From Planctomycetota bacterium (GTDB lineage Bacteria; Planctomycetota; Planctomycetia; JALXBF01): a stretch of DNA of 41,992 nucleotides. Positions within the stretch are counted from its first letter, which is position 1. Each line of letters opens with the position of its first letter. Under the pieces are notes generated by a model, which worked only from the letters and a program-made list of their open reading frames with translations, ran no database searches and had not been told where the DNA came from. Shown here piece by piece: positions 29,244 through 39,454 of the stretch. Position numbers and translations under genes: made by a program. The stretch covers positions 1 to 41,992 of the forward strand of contig JALXBF010000153.1 in the NCBI GenBank assembly GCA_026991575.1. The letters are read 5' to 3'.

Positions 29244-30110
29244 ATGAGCGAATCGGGCACAAGGTACCAGCCAACTGCTCAGGAAGTGAAGGCCCTGCGT
29301 GAGCGTACGGGCCTGCCGATGATGGAATGTAAGAGAGCACTGATCGAGGCGGAGGGCGATCAGGACAAGGCCGTGGAGATCCTGCGCCAGCAAGGGGCGA
29401 AGGTCAGTGCGAAGAAGACCGGCCGTGAAACGGCCGAGGGCCGGATCGAAGCGTACCGTAGCCCAGACGGGCAGGTCGTCGCGCTGGCAATGGTCCTCTG
29501 CGAGCAGGCCCCGTCGGCGCGCAACGAGAAGTTCGTCCAGCTCGTTCAGGCCCTTGCCAAGCAGGCCGCCTTGATCGAAGGAGAGCCAACGCCTGAAGCC
29601 GTGCTCCAGGCCCCGCTGATCGACGATCCGAGCCGAACGGGTCAGGATCTCCTACTGGACACGGTCAACCTGATCCGTGAGAACATGCAGGTCGCTAAGG
29701 TCGCCCGCCTGAAGGCCAACGGCGGCATCCTCGGGGCGTACGTCCACTTCAACTACCAGGAGGCCGCACTGGTGCGGATCGAAGGCGAGGGCGCGACGCC
29801 GGAGCTGGCCGACGAAATCGCGGCCAACATCGTTGCGTTCAAGCCTCGCGTCATTAGCCGCGAACAGCTGAGCCCTGAGGAGGTGGAGCGCGAGAAGGCG
29901 ATCCTGCGCGAAGCGGTCAAACAGGAAGGCAAGCCGGAGCACATCGTGGAACGGATCGTCGAAGGACGGCTTGCTTCCGGCTACTATGCCGAAAACGTTG
30001 CCCTGGATCAGCCCTACATCCAGAACCCGAAGAAGACCCTGGGCGATTACCTGAAGCAGAAGGGCAAGATCAAGATCACCGACTTCGTACGGTTCAAGAT
30101 CGGTGAGTAG
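29244..30110 (+). CDS. tsf: Elongation factor Ts
   Basis: VKALRERTGLPMMECKRAL, RETAEG, IRENMQV, GAYVH, GKPEHIVERIVEGRL, FVRFKIGE; follows rpsB. Confidence 0.96.
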   Translation: MSESGTRYQPTAQEVKALRERTGLPMMECKRALIEAEGDQDKAVEILRQQGAKVSAKKTGRETAEGRIEAYRSPDGQVVALAMVLCEQAPSARNEKFVQLVQALAKQAALIEGEPTPEAVLQAPLIDDPSRTGQDLLLDTVNLIRENMQVAKVARLKANGGILGAYVHFNYQEAALVRIEGEGATPELADEIAANIVAFKPRVISREQLSPEEVEREKAILREAVKQEGKPEHIVERIVEGRLASGYYAENVALDQPYIQNPKKTLGDYLKQKGKIKITDFVRFKIGE

Positions 30111-30125
30111 TCCGTGAACATGCCG

Positions 30126-30168
30126 GGGCGTGGACGGCGCGCGACAAGGTCCATGCCCTTTTTCGTTT
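30126..30168 (+). terminator. Intrinsic terminator after tsf
   Basis: GGGCGTGGAC / GTCCATGCCC 10-bp stem (one G-U), 13-nt loop, followed by TTTTTCGTTT. Confidence 0.65.
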
Positions 30169-30194
30169 GGCCGCCTGGTGGCCGCCGGTAGAAT
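30167..30194 (+). promoter_or_regulatory. Possible pyrH-frr promoter
   Basis: TTGGCC, 16 nt, TAGAAT (30189-30194), immediately after the tsf terminator. Confidence 0.45.
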
Positions 30195-30276
30195 GGACGC
30201 CGAGGCCGTGGTGGCTGGGCCGCCCGGGCCATGGCACGATCGGCCGGCGGCCGTTCTCCTGGGAGTGAGCAGGCCG

Positions 30277-31035
30277 ATGAGCGCAGGAGAAGGCCGAAGA
30301 CGTCGCGTACTCTTGAAACTCAGTGGCGATTGCTTCTCGCGTTCTGGCCAGGGTGGGCTGGATGCCGAGGCCATCTCAAGCATTGCCTCGGAGCTGGCCC
30401 AGGCCGCTCGGCAAGGGGTTGAGCCCGCGGTGGTTGTCGGCGGTGGCAACATCATCCGCGGCAGCGACCTGGCTCGGCGCATCGGCGCCATCAACCCGAC
30501 CACGGCCGACTACATGGGCATGCTGGCCACCGTTGTCAATGCCCTGGCGCTGCAGGACGCGGTGGAACGCGAGGGCGTGGAGACCCGGGTGCTGACGGCC
30601 ATCCGCATGGAAGAGGTTGCCGAGCCGTACATCCGCCGACGTGCAACCCGGCACCTGGAAAAGGGACGCGTTGTCATCCTGGCCGCCGGAATCGGCAGCC
30701 CCTGTGTGACCACGGACACCGCTGCCGCGCTGCGGGCCGTGGAACTCGGCGCCAGCGTGCTGCTGAAAGCCACACGCGTCGACGGGGTCTATTCCGACGA
30801 CCCGGAACGTAACCCTCACGCGGTCCGATACGAGCACGTGACCTACGAGCAAGTGCTCCAGCAGCGACTGTCCGTAATGGATGCCACCGCAATCAGTATG
30901 GCCCGCGAGCATGGCCTGCCGATCCTTGTCTTTAGCTTCCGCAGGCCGGGTAACATTCTGCGAGCCCTCACCGGGGAACGGATCGGGACACTGGTCAGCG
31001 AAACCGAACCGGAAACGCTGTCACAGACATCCTAG
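30277..31035 (+). CDS. pyrH: Uridylate kinase
   Basis: RVLLKLSG, VVGGGNIIRG, ADYMGMLATVVNALAL, TTDTAAALRA, VDGVYSDDP, VMDATA. Confidence 0.97.
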   Translation: MSAGEGRRRRVLLKLSGDCFSRSGQGGLDAEAISSIASELAQAARQGVEPAVVVGGGNIIRGSDLARRIGAINPTTADYMGMLATVVNALALQDAVEREGVETRVLTAIRMEEVAEPYIRRRATRHLEKGRVVILAAGIGSPCVTTDTAAALRAVELGASVLLKATRVDGVYSDDPERNPHAVRYEHVTYEQVLQQRLSVMDATAISMAREHGLPILVFSFRRPGNILRALTGERIGTLVSETEPETLSQTS

Positions 31036-31075
31036 GGCCGCGCATCCTAGGGGCTGCTGCCTGGGAGGCGACGTA

Positions 31076-31639
31076 ATGACCACACTAGACGATGTCCTGC
31101 TCGATTGCGAAGATCGCATGGAAAAGGCGGTCAAGGTGTTCCGTGACGAACTCCGCGGACTGCGCACCGGACGCGCCACCCCGGCTCTGGTCGAACACAT
31201 CAAGATCGACTACTACGGAACCCCAACGCCGCTGCGCCAGATCGCCAGCATTAGCTGCCCCGAGCCGATGATGATCGTCATCCGACCTTTCGATCCGACC
31301 GCGTTGAAGGAGATCGAGCGGGCCATCCAGGCCAGTGACCTGGGCCTTAACCCGAACAACGACGGGAAACTCATCCGCCTCGTCCTGCCGCCGCTGTCCG
31401 TCGAACGACGCAAACAGCTGGTCAGCCGGGTTAAGGAGATGGCCGAACAGGCCCGCGTGGCGATCCGCAACGTGCGCCGCGATGCGAACAAGAAAATCGA
31501 CCAGCTACAAAAAGAGGGGGTCATCTCCGAGGACGACCGGAACCGCGCACGAGAAGAGGTACAGGATCTGACCAAGAAATACGAGGGCCAGGTCAACGAG
31601 GCCGCAGACGCGAAAGCAAAGGAAATCATGGAAGAATAG
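31076..31639 (+). CDS. frr: Ribosome recycling factor
   Basis: GGAGG SD; LRTGRATP, DYYGTPTPL, SDLGLNPNNDG, RVAIRNVRRDAN, KAKEIME. Confidence 0.97.
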   Translation: MTTLDDVLLDCEDRMEKAVKVFRDELRGLRTGRATPALVEHIKIDYYGTPTPLRQIASISCPEPMMIVIRPFDPTALKEIERAIQASDLGLNPNNDGKLIRLVLPPLSVERRKQLVSRVKEMAEQARVAIRNVRRDANKKIDQLQKEGVISEDDRNRAREEVQDLTKKYEGQVNEAADAKAKEIMEE

Positions 31640-31755
31640 GCCGCCAACCGCAGTGCGTCCGATCACCTCGGCCAGACTGAGTGTCCTCCGGCCGGTCGTC
31701 TCGCCGGACGCGGCGATGCCGCCTGCTAGCACTGCGTGAACGCGACGCTTTTCCC

Positions 31756-34257
31756 CTACTGCTCGATCCGAATGTTGACTTGGAAGGAAGGCGTAACCGT
31801 TTGGTTACCCACCCGCACCGGGCAGACGACCGTCACCGGACGCTCGCCCGTGGGCGCCGACTCGGCCACCGTCACCTTTAGCTTGATCTCGTCCGCATCC
31901 GCTGCAATCGTGGTGTTCCCGATTCGCACCCCGTTCGGCACGTTTCGGAACTGAACAGGCACTGGACCGGCGAAGCCCCCCTGCCGTTTCACTCGAATGG
32001 TCAACTCACCTTCCTGGCCCTTCTTCACCACGAGCGGTGTCGGTTCGAAAGACAAAGCCACGGGGTCCACGATGATCAGTTCGACGTTGTTGGATGGAAG
32101 GTACACGTTGATCGGTCGCTTGTTCTTGCCGGACGGGTCCTTCGTGTACGGTACACGCGCCGTGCCCCGTACCGCGATGCTGTAGTGCCCAAGGGGCGTG
32201 TTCGCACGAGTCTGGAAATTCAGCGTCCCTTCCGTCTGGTTGGCCGGGATGGTGATGTTCGCGTTGGAGACGTTCGGCGGCAGCACCATCGCTGTGATGC
32301 CGGAGACCGCGTCCTTGAAGTCCCCGCGCCGTTCGACCTTCACTTTGATCGAGGCGACCAGGCCCCGGGCCAGCTCCAGCCGCCGCGGTTCGGCCACAAG
32401 CCGGTAGGGGGCCGACTCCGCGATGGTGCTGAACGCTTCCCAGCGGCGCAACCGGGCGGAAGCCGGGTTGCGCGTCCCCGGGTTGTACGCCCAGACGATG
32501 CCGCCGAACTTCACAGGACGCTCAACAGGCTTACCCGCAATCTCAGCACGTGCCGTCAGCGTAAGCGGACCGTGCACGGGCTTGGGCTCGGCTGCCGCAA
32601 GCACCAGCGGCGCGTACACCTGTCCCGGCCCGAACACCACCTCCGGTGCTTCAACGCCTTCAGGCAAGCCGCTAACGCGAACCCGCACCTCGCCCGAGAA
32701 ACCATCGCGACGGATCAGATACAAGTCCAGGTGTGCCGTTCCGTGCGATCGCAGCACCACGCCAGACGGCTGGCGGACAACGTTGGGCAGCGGCCCGCCG
32801 ACCAGGGCAAACACGGTGAATGAAGGCGACTCGGGTCGGACGATCAACCGGTACCCCAGCCGCGCATCGCCCCGTACCGAGGCGTACAAATCCCGAGCCT
32901 GGATGAGAAACTTGCCGTCCTCCGGGACAGCGAAGCGATAGACGGCATCGCGCCGGACGGTGGAGAACACCAGGTTCGCCGGGCTGGTTCGGTCGTCGTC
33001 CACCCGCGCCAGCTGGGCTCCGTCCCGGGCGCGCCGAATCACCAGTACGGGATCCGTGGGCAGGTCAAGCGTTTGGGATTGCAGTTCAATCCACCACACC
33101 TGTCCCCGTTTTGCTTCGAAGACGAACCAGTCGCGGTCGTTCGTAGCCTCGAACGTGCCGTGAACTTCGACCGGTGGCGTGATCGGCTGCGCCTTGTCCG
33201 GCTGGTCATTCGGTTCCTGGGCCAGGACGATCGGATGCTCAGCATACGCGATCAGCACGGCATTACTTGTCCCCTGGTCGGACGTGAATAGGTACGCGAA
33301 GCCGTCGAACAACACGGTCCATGGTGGCATGTGCCGCCGGATCGGCCCGGCCTGCGGTGCGGTTAGCTCGACCGCGCGTGCTTCCAGTCGTTGCCCGCGG
33401 ACAAACGCTTCCACCGGCTGGCCGCCTGCCAGCAGCCGGCCAAACAGAGTAATCCGACTCGGTTTCGCTTTCGGAGCAGCTATCGGCAGCACATGCTCCA
33501 GCACCGGAAACGTGCCGACGCGCAGGCGGTAGAAGTACTCGACCGATCCGTCATACACCTGATCGGCCAGCAACACGTAGTACGTGCCGTCACGTGGGGC
33601 GGTGAAGTCCAACAGACTGTCCAGGTCGAAATGGTTGTCGTTGAAGTCCAATTCCCGACCGGTGTCATCGTACAGCGTCAGCACGGGATTCAGCCGGGAA
33701 TCGATCCGCTGAGCTTCGACCTCGATCAGAACACGTTGTCCTTTCTTGAGCGACAGGGCGAAGTAGTCCAGGTCGGTGGCCCCGTTCACCTGGCCATTGA
33801 CGACCTGCCGCGTTACCCCATCGTTCAACAGCGGCTGAGCCTGGTCGCGCGAGTTGTTCGGTTCGCGCTCCGTTATCTCAGTGAAGTCACTGACGACGAA
33901 CGTCCGCGGATTCGACACGCCAAATCGCCCGAGGACACGCACATCGTAATACCCAACCGGCACATCAGGTGCAATCTTGACGCGGAACCGATTCGGCACC
34001 GGTACCTCTTTTCCGTCCTTTTGCTCGGTCACGCGTTCGACCGTGAAGCCCGGATGCTGAAACAGCAGCGCGGTGGCGTCCTCCAGATTCGCGCCGGTGA
34101 TCGTCACCTCGACGGTCGTTCCCGCCTGGCCACCCGGCGGAAAGACGCTCGTCAGGTACGGCCGGGGCAGTTGAGCGTGGCTGGTGCCGGAGGTTGCCAG
34201 CACAACGGTACCGGCCAGTGCAAGCACGAGGCTGCGGCAGCGATGAACAAAGTCCAT
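31756..34257 (-). CDS. Secreted pre-peptidase C-terminal (PPC) domain protein with Ig-like repeats (planctomycete type)
   Basis: Signal peptide (SHA|Q); SVFPPGGQAGTTVEVTITG, GRFGVSNPRTFVV, EREPNN..DQAQ, QEPNDQPDKAQ; three R.xGF.G.V-type C-terminal repeats. Confidence 0.85.
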   Translation of the reverse strand: MDFVHRCRSLVLALAGTVVLATSGTSHAQLPRPYLTSVFPPGGQAGTTVEVTITGANLEDATALLFQHPGFTVERVTEQKDGKEVPVPNRFRVKIAPDVPVGYYDVRVLGRFGVSNPRTFVVSDFTEITEREPNNSRDQAQPLLNDGVTRQVVNGQVNGATDLDYFALSLKKGQRVLIEVEAQRIDSRLNPVLTLYDDTGRELDFNDNHFDLDSLLDFTAPRDGTYYVLLADQVYDGSVEYFYRLRVGTFPVLEHVLPIAAPKAKPSRITLFGRLLAGGQPVEAFVRGQRLEARAVELTAPQAGPIRRHMPPWTVLFDGFAYLFTSDQGTSNAVLIAYAEHPIVLAQEPNDQPDKAQPITPPVEVHGTFEATNDRDWFVFEAKRGQVWWIELQSQTLDLPTDPVLVIRRARDGAQLARVDDDRTSPANLVFSTVRRDAVYRFAVPEDGKFLIQARDLYASVRGDARLGYRLIVRPESPSFTVFALVGGPLPNVVRQPSGVVLRSHGTAHLDLYLIRRDGFSGEVRVRVSGLPEGVEAPEVVFGPGQVYAPLVLAAAEPKPVHGPLTLTARAEIAGKPVERPVKFGGIVWAYNPGTRNPASARLRRWEAFSTIAESAPYRLVAEPRRLELARGLVASIKVKVERRGDFKDAVSGITAMVLPPNVSNANITIPANQTEGTLNFQTRANTPLGHYSIAVRGTARVPYTKDPSGKNKRPINVYLPSNNVELIIVDPVALSFEPTPLVVKKGQEGELTIRVKRQGGFAGPVPVQFRNVPNGVRIGNTTIAADADEIKLKVTVAESAPTGERPVTVVCPVRVGNQTVTPSFQVNIRIEQ

Positions 34258-34300
34258 GGCGTCTTTCTTCCTGGCGAAGGTTGGGGATTCCTGGTCGAGA

Positions 34301-35143
34301 TCAGAGCTTCTTCAGGTCGATGCGCCGAAAGTAAATCTCCGCCCCTTCTGACTGGAACAGAATCTTGCCCGAGGTCAGGCTGGAGTTCCACGCCCGGTTA
34401 ACAACCTTCCCGTTCACAATGTTGGTAATCCGATCCCCCTGGCAGATAACCTCCAGACGAGTCCACTGCCCAAAGGGGCTTTCGACGTCGTTTGCCCCGC
34501 GGAAACCGAGCACGTCCTTCCAGTCCGGATCACGCCCGAACCAGTTGATCCGACCACCCCGGAAGGTACGCTCCTGCCCGTCAGGGTCGTAGACCCACTC
34601 TCCGTCGCGGTCACGGCTGACGGTTGTGGTCAGGCTGGGGACGATCCGTTTGCCATCCTTCGTGTACCCGGGCACCATGATGAAGTCTCCCACGCCGCCT
34701 TCGATGATCTGGCACTCCTGGGACAACATCCACGGGCCGTTGAAGTCCGGCCGGTAGTTCCCCTCTGGTCCCTGGCAGTGCAGCAGGATGCCGCTGTCGC
34801 GTGCCCGGCGAGCGCGGGGGTTCCAGGTGACCGGGCCCCAGCGGAACTCAACGATCAGGTGGTAATCCGAGTACGCCTCCTTCGTGATCAGACCGCCGAA
34901 TTTCTCACCGCTGATGCGGATCGCGGGGCCACCATCGATGTAGTCGACCACGGTGAAGACTCGTAGCGGATCCTCAAAGTGGTAGTCCACGAGCCAGGTG
35001 TAGAAGTTGCTCAGGTCCTTGCCATTGAACAGGTGCAGGACCTCGTCGTCCTTCGAACGGCCCTCTGGTGCGGAAACGACGGTCGAAACAACCAGAAAAC
35101 CAAGGCCAAGACCGAGCAACAAGCACGTCAGTGTCGAACGCAC
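34301..35143 (-). CDS. DUF1080 (3-keto-disaccharide hydrolase family) secreted protein
   Basis: LFNGKDLS, YSDYHLIVEFRWG, RDSGILLH, ECQIIEG, GQWTRLEV, VNGKVVN, GKILFQSEGAEIYFRRI. The start (GTG 35143) is approximate. Confidence 0.88.
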   Translation of the reverse strand: MRSTLTCLLLGLGLGFLVVSTVVSAPEGRSKDDEVLHLFNGKDLSNFYTWLVDYHFEDPLRVFTVVDYIDGGPAIRISGEKFGGLITKEAYSDYHLIVEFRWGPVTWNPRARRARDSGILLHCQGPEGNYRPDFNGPWMLSQECQIIEGGVGDFIMVPGYTKDGKRIVPSLTTTVSRDRDGEWVYDPDGQERTFRGGRINWFGRDPDWKDVLGFRGANDVESPFGQWTRLEVICQGDRITNIVNGKVVNRAWNSSLTSGKILFQSEGAEIYFRRIDLKKL

Positions 35144-35454
35144 GGTGCTACCTCTCTGCAAGCACGAATGACACTCTACCCCAATCGCACATCAGGTCCG
35201 TGACTCCACTAGCGGCGTGGAGCTCGGGGCAGACCGCGACCGCGGTTGAGCCCTTGCACCCAGGCGGTGCGTCCGTTCGTCTCGATCGGACCCGTTACCG
35301 TTTGGCCGGCCGTCTCGACCGGCCGCCGGTGAGTCCAGTGGGCAGGAGCCCAGCTGGGAATGACCTGAGCCCCTAGCGTATTGGCACCGATCCGATGCAA
35401 GAGCCGAACCGCACCCGGCAACCGGATCGCCACGCGCGGATGCCGCTTGCTGTG

Positions 35455-38400
35455 CTAGTCTACCGTCAGCTCGAATACGAACGCAAAGCCGTTGCTGCAC
35501 GCCACGGCCAGCCGTTTGCCATCGGGCGAAACGGCCAGGTGGTTGATGCCGCGTGGCTTCTGTACGGGGGCGGGAACCGCGAAGGACTTCACCTTCTTGC
35601 CGCTGGTGACTTCCCAAATGTGGATGTTGCCCATGTAGTCGCCCGCCAGCACGTGCTTTCCGTTGGCGGTGAATGCCACGTCGTATACCCACGCGGGTAC
35701 CTCAGAGAACGTTTGCAGTTCAACACCGGCTGCCAGGTTCCAGACCCGCACCGTTTTGTCGGGGCCGCACGATGCGATCAACTGGCCGTCACGGCTGACC
35801 GCTACGCCGTAGACTGCGTCTCCGTGGCCCGTGTACCGCCGCAGCTCCTGACCGTTTGCCGGATTCCAGGCCTTGATGATCTTGTCGGTACCGCCGCTGA
35901 CGAGCGTTTTCCCGTCGGGTGTGAATGCCAAGGCGTACACGGCGCGGGACTGGTCAGCGGCGATTTGCCGGACCTGGCGGCCCTGCGCCGGGTCCCAGAG
36001 CCGGATCGTTTTATCATGGCTGCCCGTAGCAATAAGCTTCCCATCCGGGGCGAAAACGACGACGTCCACCAGGTCGCCATGGCCTGTCAGATTGCGGGGT
36101 TCGTCACTGCCCAGTGAGAAGACGACGATCGACTTGGCTTCCGTCGCGGCGTAAATCGTGCGGTTGTCCGGCAGGAAGCCCACGTCGTGTACTGCCGCGC
36201 CCGCTTCGAACTGCGCGATCGCCGCCTTGTCGGCCAACGACCAGACCGTTACCTGACCGGTGGCGGTACCGGCGGCGACCAGCCGGTTGTCCAGGCTGAA
36301 GGCGACCGCTCGGACAGCGCCACGCATCCCTGTCCAGGTCGTAATCGGCTGTCCGTTGCCCGCGTTCCACACACGGGCGGTCTGGTCATCGCTCCCCGAT
36401 ACAACCATGGCCCCGTTTGGGCTGAAGGCCAGCGCGTTGACCGGCCCGCCGTGCCCCTTCCACTGAGCGACAAGGCTGCCATCGGCCGTGCGCCACAGTC
36501 GGATCACGGCGTCGTCGCCACCGGACGCAAACTGACGGCCGCTCGGGTGGAAAGCTAACGCCCGAATTCCGCCCTTGTGACCGACATACCGTTGAGCAAC
36601 CGAAAGCGTACGCACATGGATTTGTTTGTCTGCCGCTGCGGCCAGGACCCCTTTCCCGTCCGGAAGCAAAGCCACATCGTGCACACGCTGCCCGATCCGG
36701 AACGTTTCGAGCAACGTCGGGGCGCTGCCCGCCAGGGTCCAGACGCGGACAACGCCATCTCCATCGGCGGTGGCGATCCTCTTCTCGTCGGCGCTCAAAG
36801 CGATCGCTTCGATCGGCTTGTCGTGAGCGGCCGTGAGCACGAACCCGGGCTTCAATTGCTGCAGATCCCAGGCGCGAACGGATCGGTCCTCGCCGCACGA
36901 GTAGGCTCGCTTGCTGTCCTTGCTAACGGCAATGTGACGCACCGGTCCCTGGTGGCCAGTCATGCGGCCGACTTCCTTCTTCTCCAGGGAATCCCACAGG
37001 AGAAGTGTCCCGTCTGCCAGCCCCAGCAGCACGCGGCCGTTGGTCAGGATCGAACCCGCCGTCACTGCGGAGCCGTCACGGACCACAGTCGTCGCAGCAT
37101 GAGGCTGGCGGATGCGCAGCTTCTTGTCGGCGGTTGCCACCAGCAGGCCGTCGTTCGTGATGGCTGCGGCGGCAGGCTGGCCTCCGCTCCGGAACCATTC
37201 GATGACGTGACCGCTGGCCAGTTCGATCACGAATGCCTTGCCCTGATCGTTTGCGACCAACGCCCGTTTTCCGTCACGGTCGATCGCGACACGGGATACG
37301 TTGGCCGCGGCCGCCACCGTGCGCTGCACCTTCAGGTCCGCTCCCAGGAAGACAAACTGCCCGTTGGCCAGGGCCACGACGATGCCCTCGGTCGAAACAC
37401 GCAGCGCCACGGGCACGTCCGGTAGTTCGGGGGATTCAGCCTGCCTTGCGCCCTTGGCTACGTCCCACTGCCGTACGCGCTTGTCCGCACCGGCCGTGAC
37501 CAACTGGCTTGCATCCTTGAACGCGACGGCGGTCACGGGATTGGGACTGTGCGCGTCCAGCGTTCGTTTTTGCTCGCCGGTGACCACAAGGACCTGGCCG
37601 TTCTTGAGCCCCACGGCGAATCTGTCGGCGGCGGCAATTGCGATGGACTGGGGCTCGGCTGGCAATGTTTCGTCCCGGCTAACTTTGCCGTCGGCCAGCG
37701 ACACGATCTTGGCGTGTTTGTCCGCCGTGGCGCAAGCGGCGATCTTGGCGTCCGCGGTAACGGCAAGCGCGGCGATGGACGCACCGTGCACGGAGATGGT
37801 TCGCTCAAGCTTGCCGTTCGCCACGGCGACGACGTGCAGCTTGCCGGCAGCGTCAGCGACCAGGGTGCGTGGCTGTCCCGGCAGCGGTACCAAAGCGGTG
37901 GCTGCGGCGGGCAAGTCGTACTGACGGACAGGGGGCAAGGGCAGTGGCCAGAGCCGAGCCGATCCGTCCGCGGATGCGGTCAGCAGCAGCTGCCCTCCGG
38001 GGTGAAACGCGATCGCGCTGACCGATGCCGCATGCGCGCCGATCTGACCCAGCAGGTTGCCGTTGCGTGCGTCGAAGACGTAAACCTCACCCGCAGCCGT
38101 TGCTGCTGCAACCTGTTGTCCGTTCACTGAGTACGCGACAGCAGTGACCGGATCCTGAATGCCGCCGAACGTACGTTCCTGCTTGCCGTCCGCCACGATG
38201 TGCAGGCGAAGCGAGCGGTCCTGACCGCCGGACAGAACGCGACTGCCGTCCGGGCTGAGGGCCAGCGCGGTGACAGCGGCTCCGTGGCCGCCGATCGTAC
38301 GGCCCGACGCAATCGGCAGTTGCCACAGCTTGATCAGTCCGTCCGCTCCGGCGCTCAAGACCTGCTGATTGTTTGCGTGGATCGCAACGGCCTGGACCGG

Positions 38401-39009
38401 AGACAGATGCCCTTCCACGGCGCCCTGTAGCTTTCCATCTCCCCTGGACCAGATGCGGAGCAGACGGTCGTCGCCGCCCGCGGCGACGAGCGCCGCGTTC
38501 GGGCTGAGGGCGACAGCCCGCTGGGCCGCACCGGCACTCAGTTCGCGCACGACCTTGCCGTTGGCGGGATCCCAGATCTTCACTGTGCCATCGGCCGATG
38601 CGCTCAGCAACACTTTGCCGTCGCGGCTCAGGTCGAGCCCCAGCACCGGCCCGCCGTGTCCAGCAAGCACGCGCACTGGTTTGTTGTACGGCAACTGCCA
38701 CAGCTTCAGTGACCGGTCGAATCCAACGGAAGCGAGCAGCCGACCGTCGGGCGAGAAGGCGACACCCAAAACGAGCCCGTTGTGGCCGGAGTAGGTCTTG
38801 AGCAGCTTGCCTGAGGCGGCATCCCACAGTTTCACCGTTCCGTCGAACGAGCACGTGGCGAGCAGCTTGCCGTCGGGACTCCAGGCCACGTCGTAGACCG
38901 GGTCCTTGCCATGGGCAAGTTGCAGAACCGGCTGCTGGGCCAGGGTGGAGGAAACGACCGTCAGCCACACGGAGCAGGCCAACAACGCGCCACGAGTGGG
39001 TGCAGTCAT
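35455..39009 (-). CDS. Secreted giant WD40-repeat protein (about 1184 aa)
   Basis: Start moved from 39639 to ATG 39009 (alternative 39018) because a signal peptide (TLA|Q) follows and a promoter lies at 39085-39113. More than 20 GH...V..VAFSPDG...S.S.D.T.KLWD repeats. Confidence 0.9.
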   Translation of the reverse strand: MTAPTRGALLACSVWLTVVSSTLAQQPVLQLAHGKDPVYDVAWSPDGKLLATCSFDGTVKLWDAASGKLLKTYSGHNGLVLGVAFSPDGRLLASVGFDRSLKLWQLPYNKPVRVLAGHGGPVLGLDLSRDGKVLLSASADGTVKIWDPANGKVVRELSAGAAQRAVALSPNAALVAAGGDDRLLRIWSRGDGKLQGAVEGHLSPVQAVAIHANNQQVLSAGADGLIKLWQLPIASGRTIGGHGAAVTALALSPDGSRVLSGGQDRSLRLHIVADGKQERTFGGIQDPVTAVAYSVNGQQVAAATAAGEVYVFDARNGNLLGQIGAHAASVSAIAFHPGGQLLLTASADGSARLWPLPLPPVRQYDLPAAATALVPLPGQPRTLVADAAGKLHVVAVANGKLERTISVHGASIAALAVTADAKIAACATADKHAKIVSLADGKVSRDETLPAEPQSIAIAAADRFAVGLKNGQVLVVTGEQKRTLDAHSPNPVTAVAFKDASQLVTAGADKRVRQWDVAKGARQAESPELPDVPVALRVSTEGIVVALANGQFVFLGADLKVQRTVAAAANVSRVAIDRDGKRALVANDQGKAFVIELASGHVIEWFRSGGQPAAAAITNDGLLVATADKKLRIRQPHAATTVVRDGSAVTAGSILTNGRVLLGLADGTLLLWDSLEKKEVGRMTGHQGPVRHIAVSKDSKRAYSCGEDRSVRAWDLQQLKPGFVLTAAHDKPIEAIALSADEKRIATADGDGVVRVWTLAGSAPTLLETFRIGQRVHDVALLPDGKGVLAAAADKQIHVRTLSVAQRYVGHKGGIRALAFHPSGRQFASGGDDAVIRLWRTADGSLVAQWKGHGGPVNALAFSPNGAMVVSGSDDQTARVWNAGNGQPITTWTGMRGAVRAVAFSLDNRLVAAGTATGQVTVWSLADKAAIAQFEAGAAVHDVGFLPDNRTIYAATEAKSIVVFSLGSDEPRNLTGHGDLVDVVVFAPDGKLIATGSHDKTIRLWDPAQGRQVRQIAADQSRAVYALAFTPDGKTLVSGGTDKIIKAWNPANGQELRRYTGHGDAVYGVAVSRDGQLIASCGPDKTVRVWNLAAGVELQTFSEVPAWVYDVAFTANGKHVLAGDYMGNIHIWEVTSGKKVKSFAVPAPVQKPRGINHLAVSPDGKRLAVACSNGFAFVFELTVD

Positions 39010-39084
39010 GGTGGTCATCCTGCTACGGGCACATCGGTTTGAGGACGGACACAACTCGGGTGGGCGAGAGAAGACACATAAAAG

Positions 39085-39113
39085 AGTGTAAATGAATGAG
39101 CGGTTACTGTCCA
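39085..39113 (-). promoter_or_regulatory. Sigma70-type promoter for the WD40 gene
   Basis: Minus strand TGGACA, 17 nt, TACACT within an AT-rich patch. Confidence 0.6.
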
Positions 39114-39454
39114 GAACGTCGCGCGGTATCTTCGGTATTGGCGGCTGGGGTGTGGCTCGCATAGTTGCGACCCGCCCGGGCCCGGTGCCTCCAACGGGCT
39201 TGATCGGCCCAAGTTCGGCTTGGCCGATCGTCTTGACCGGCTGTGCCGCCCGCTGCGCGTGAGCCCAGCTGGAGCGATCTGATCCCGCATGGGATCCGGA
39301 TGGACCCGACACATCGTCCGAAGCAGATCCACCCGCTCCTTCGCAGGCTAGTGCGAAAACACACGAGACTCGGCCCGACGGAACCACAGGTCGAGCCGGG
39401 AGTGGGGATACGAATATTGCACTCCAGCTACTCCGGTGCGTTTCAGCTCTCGCG

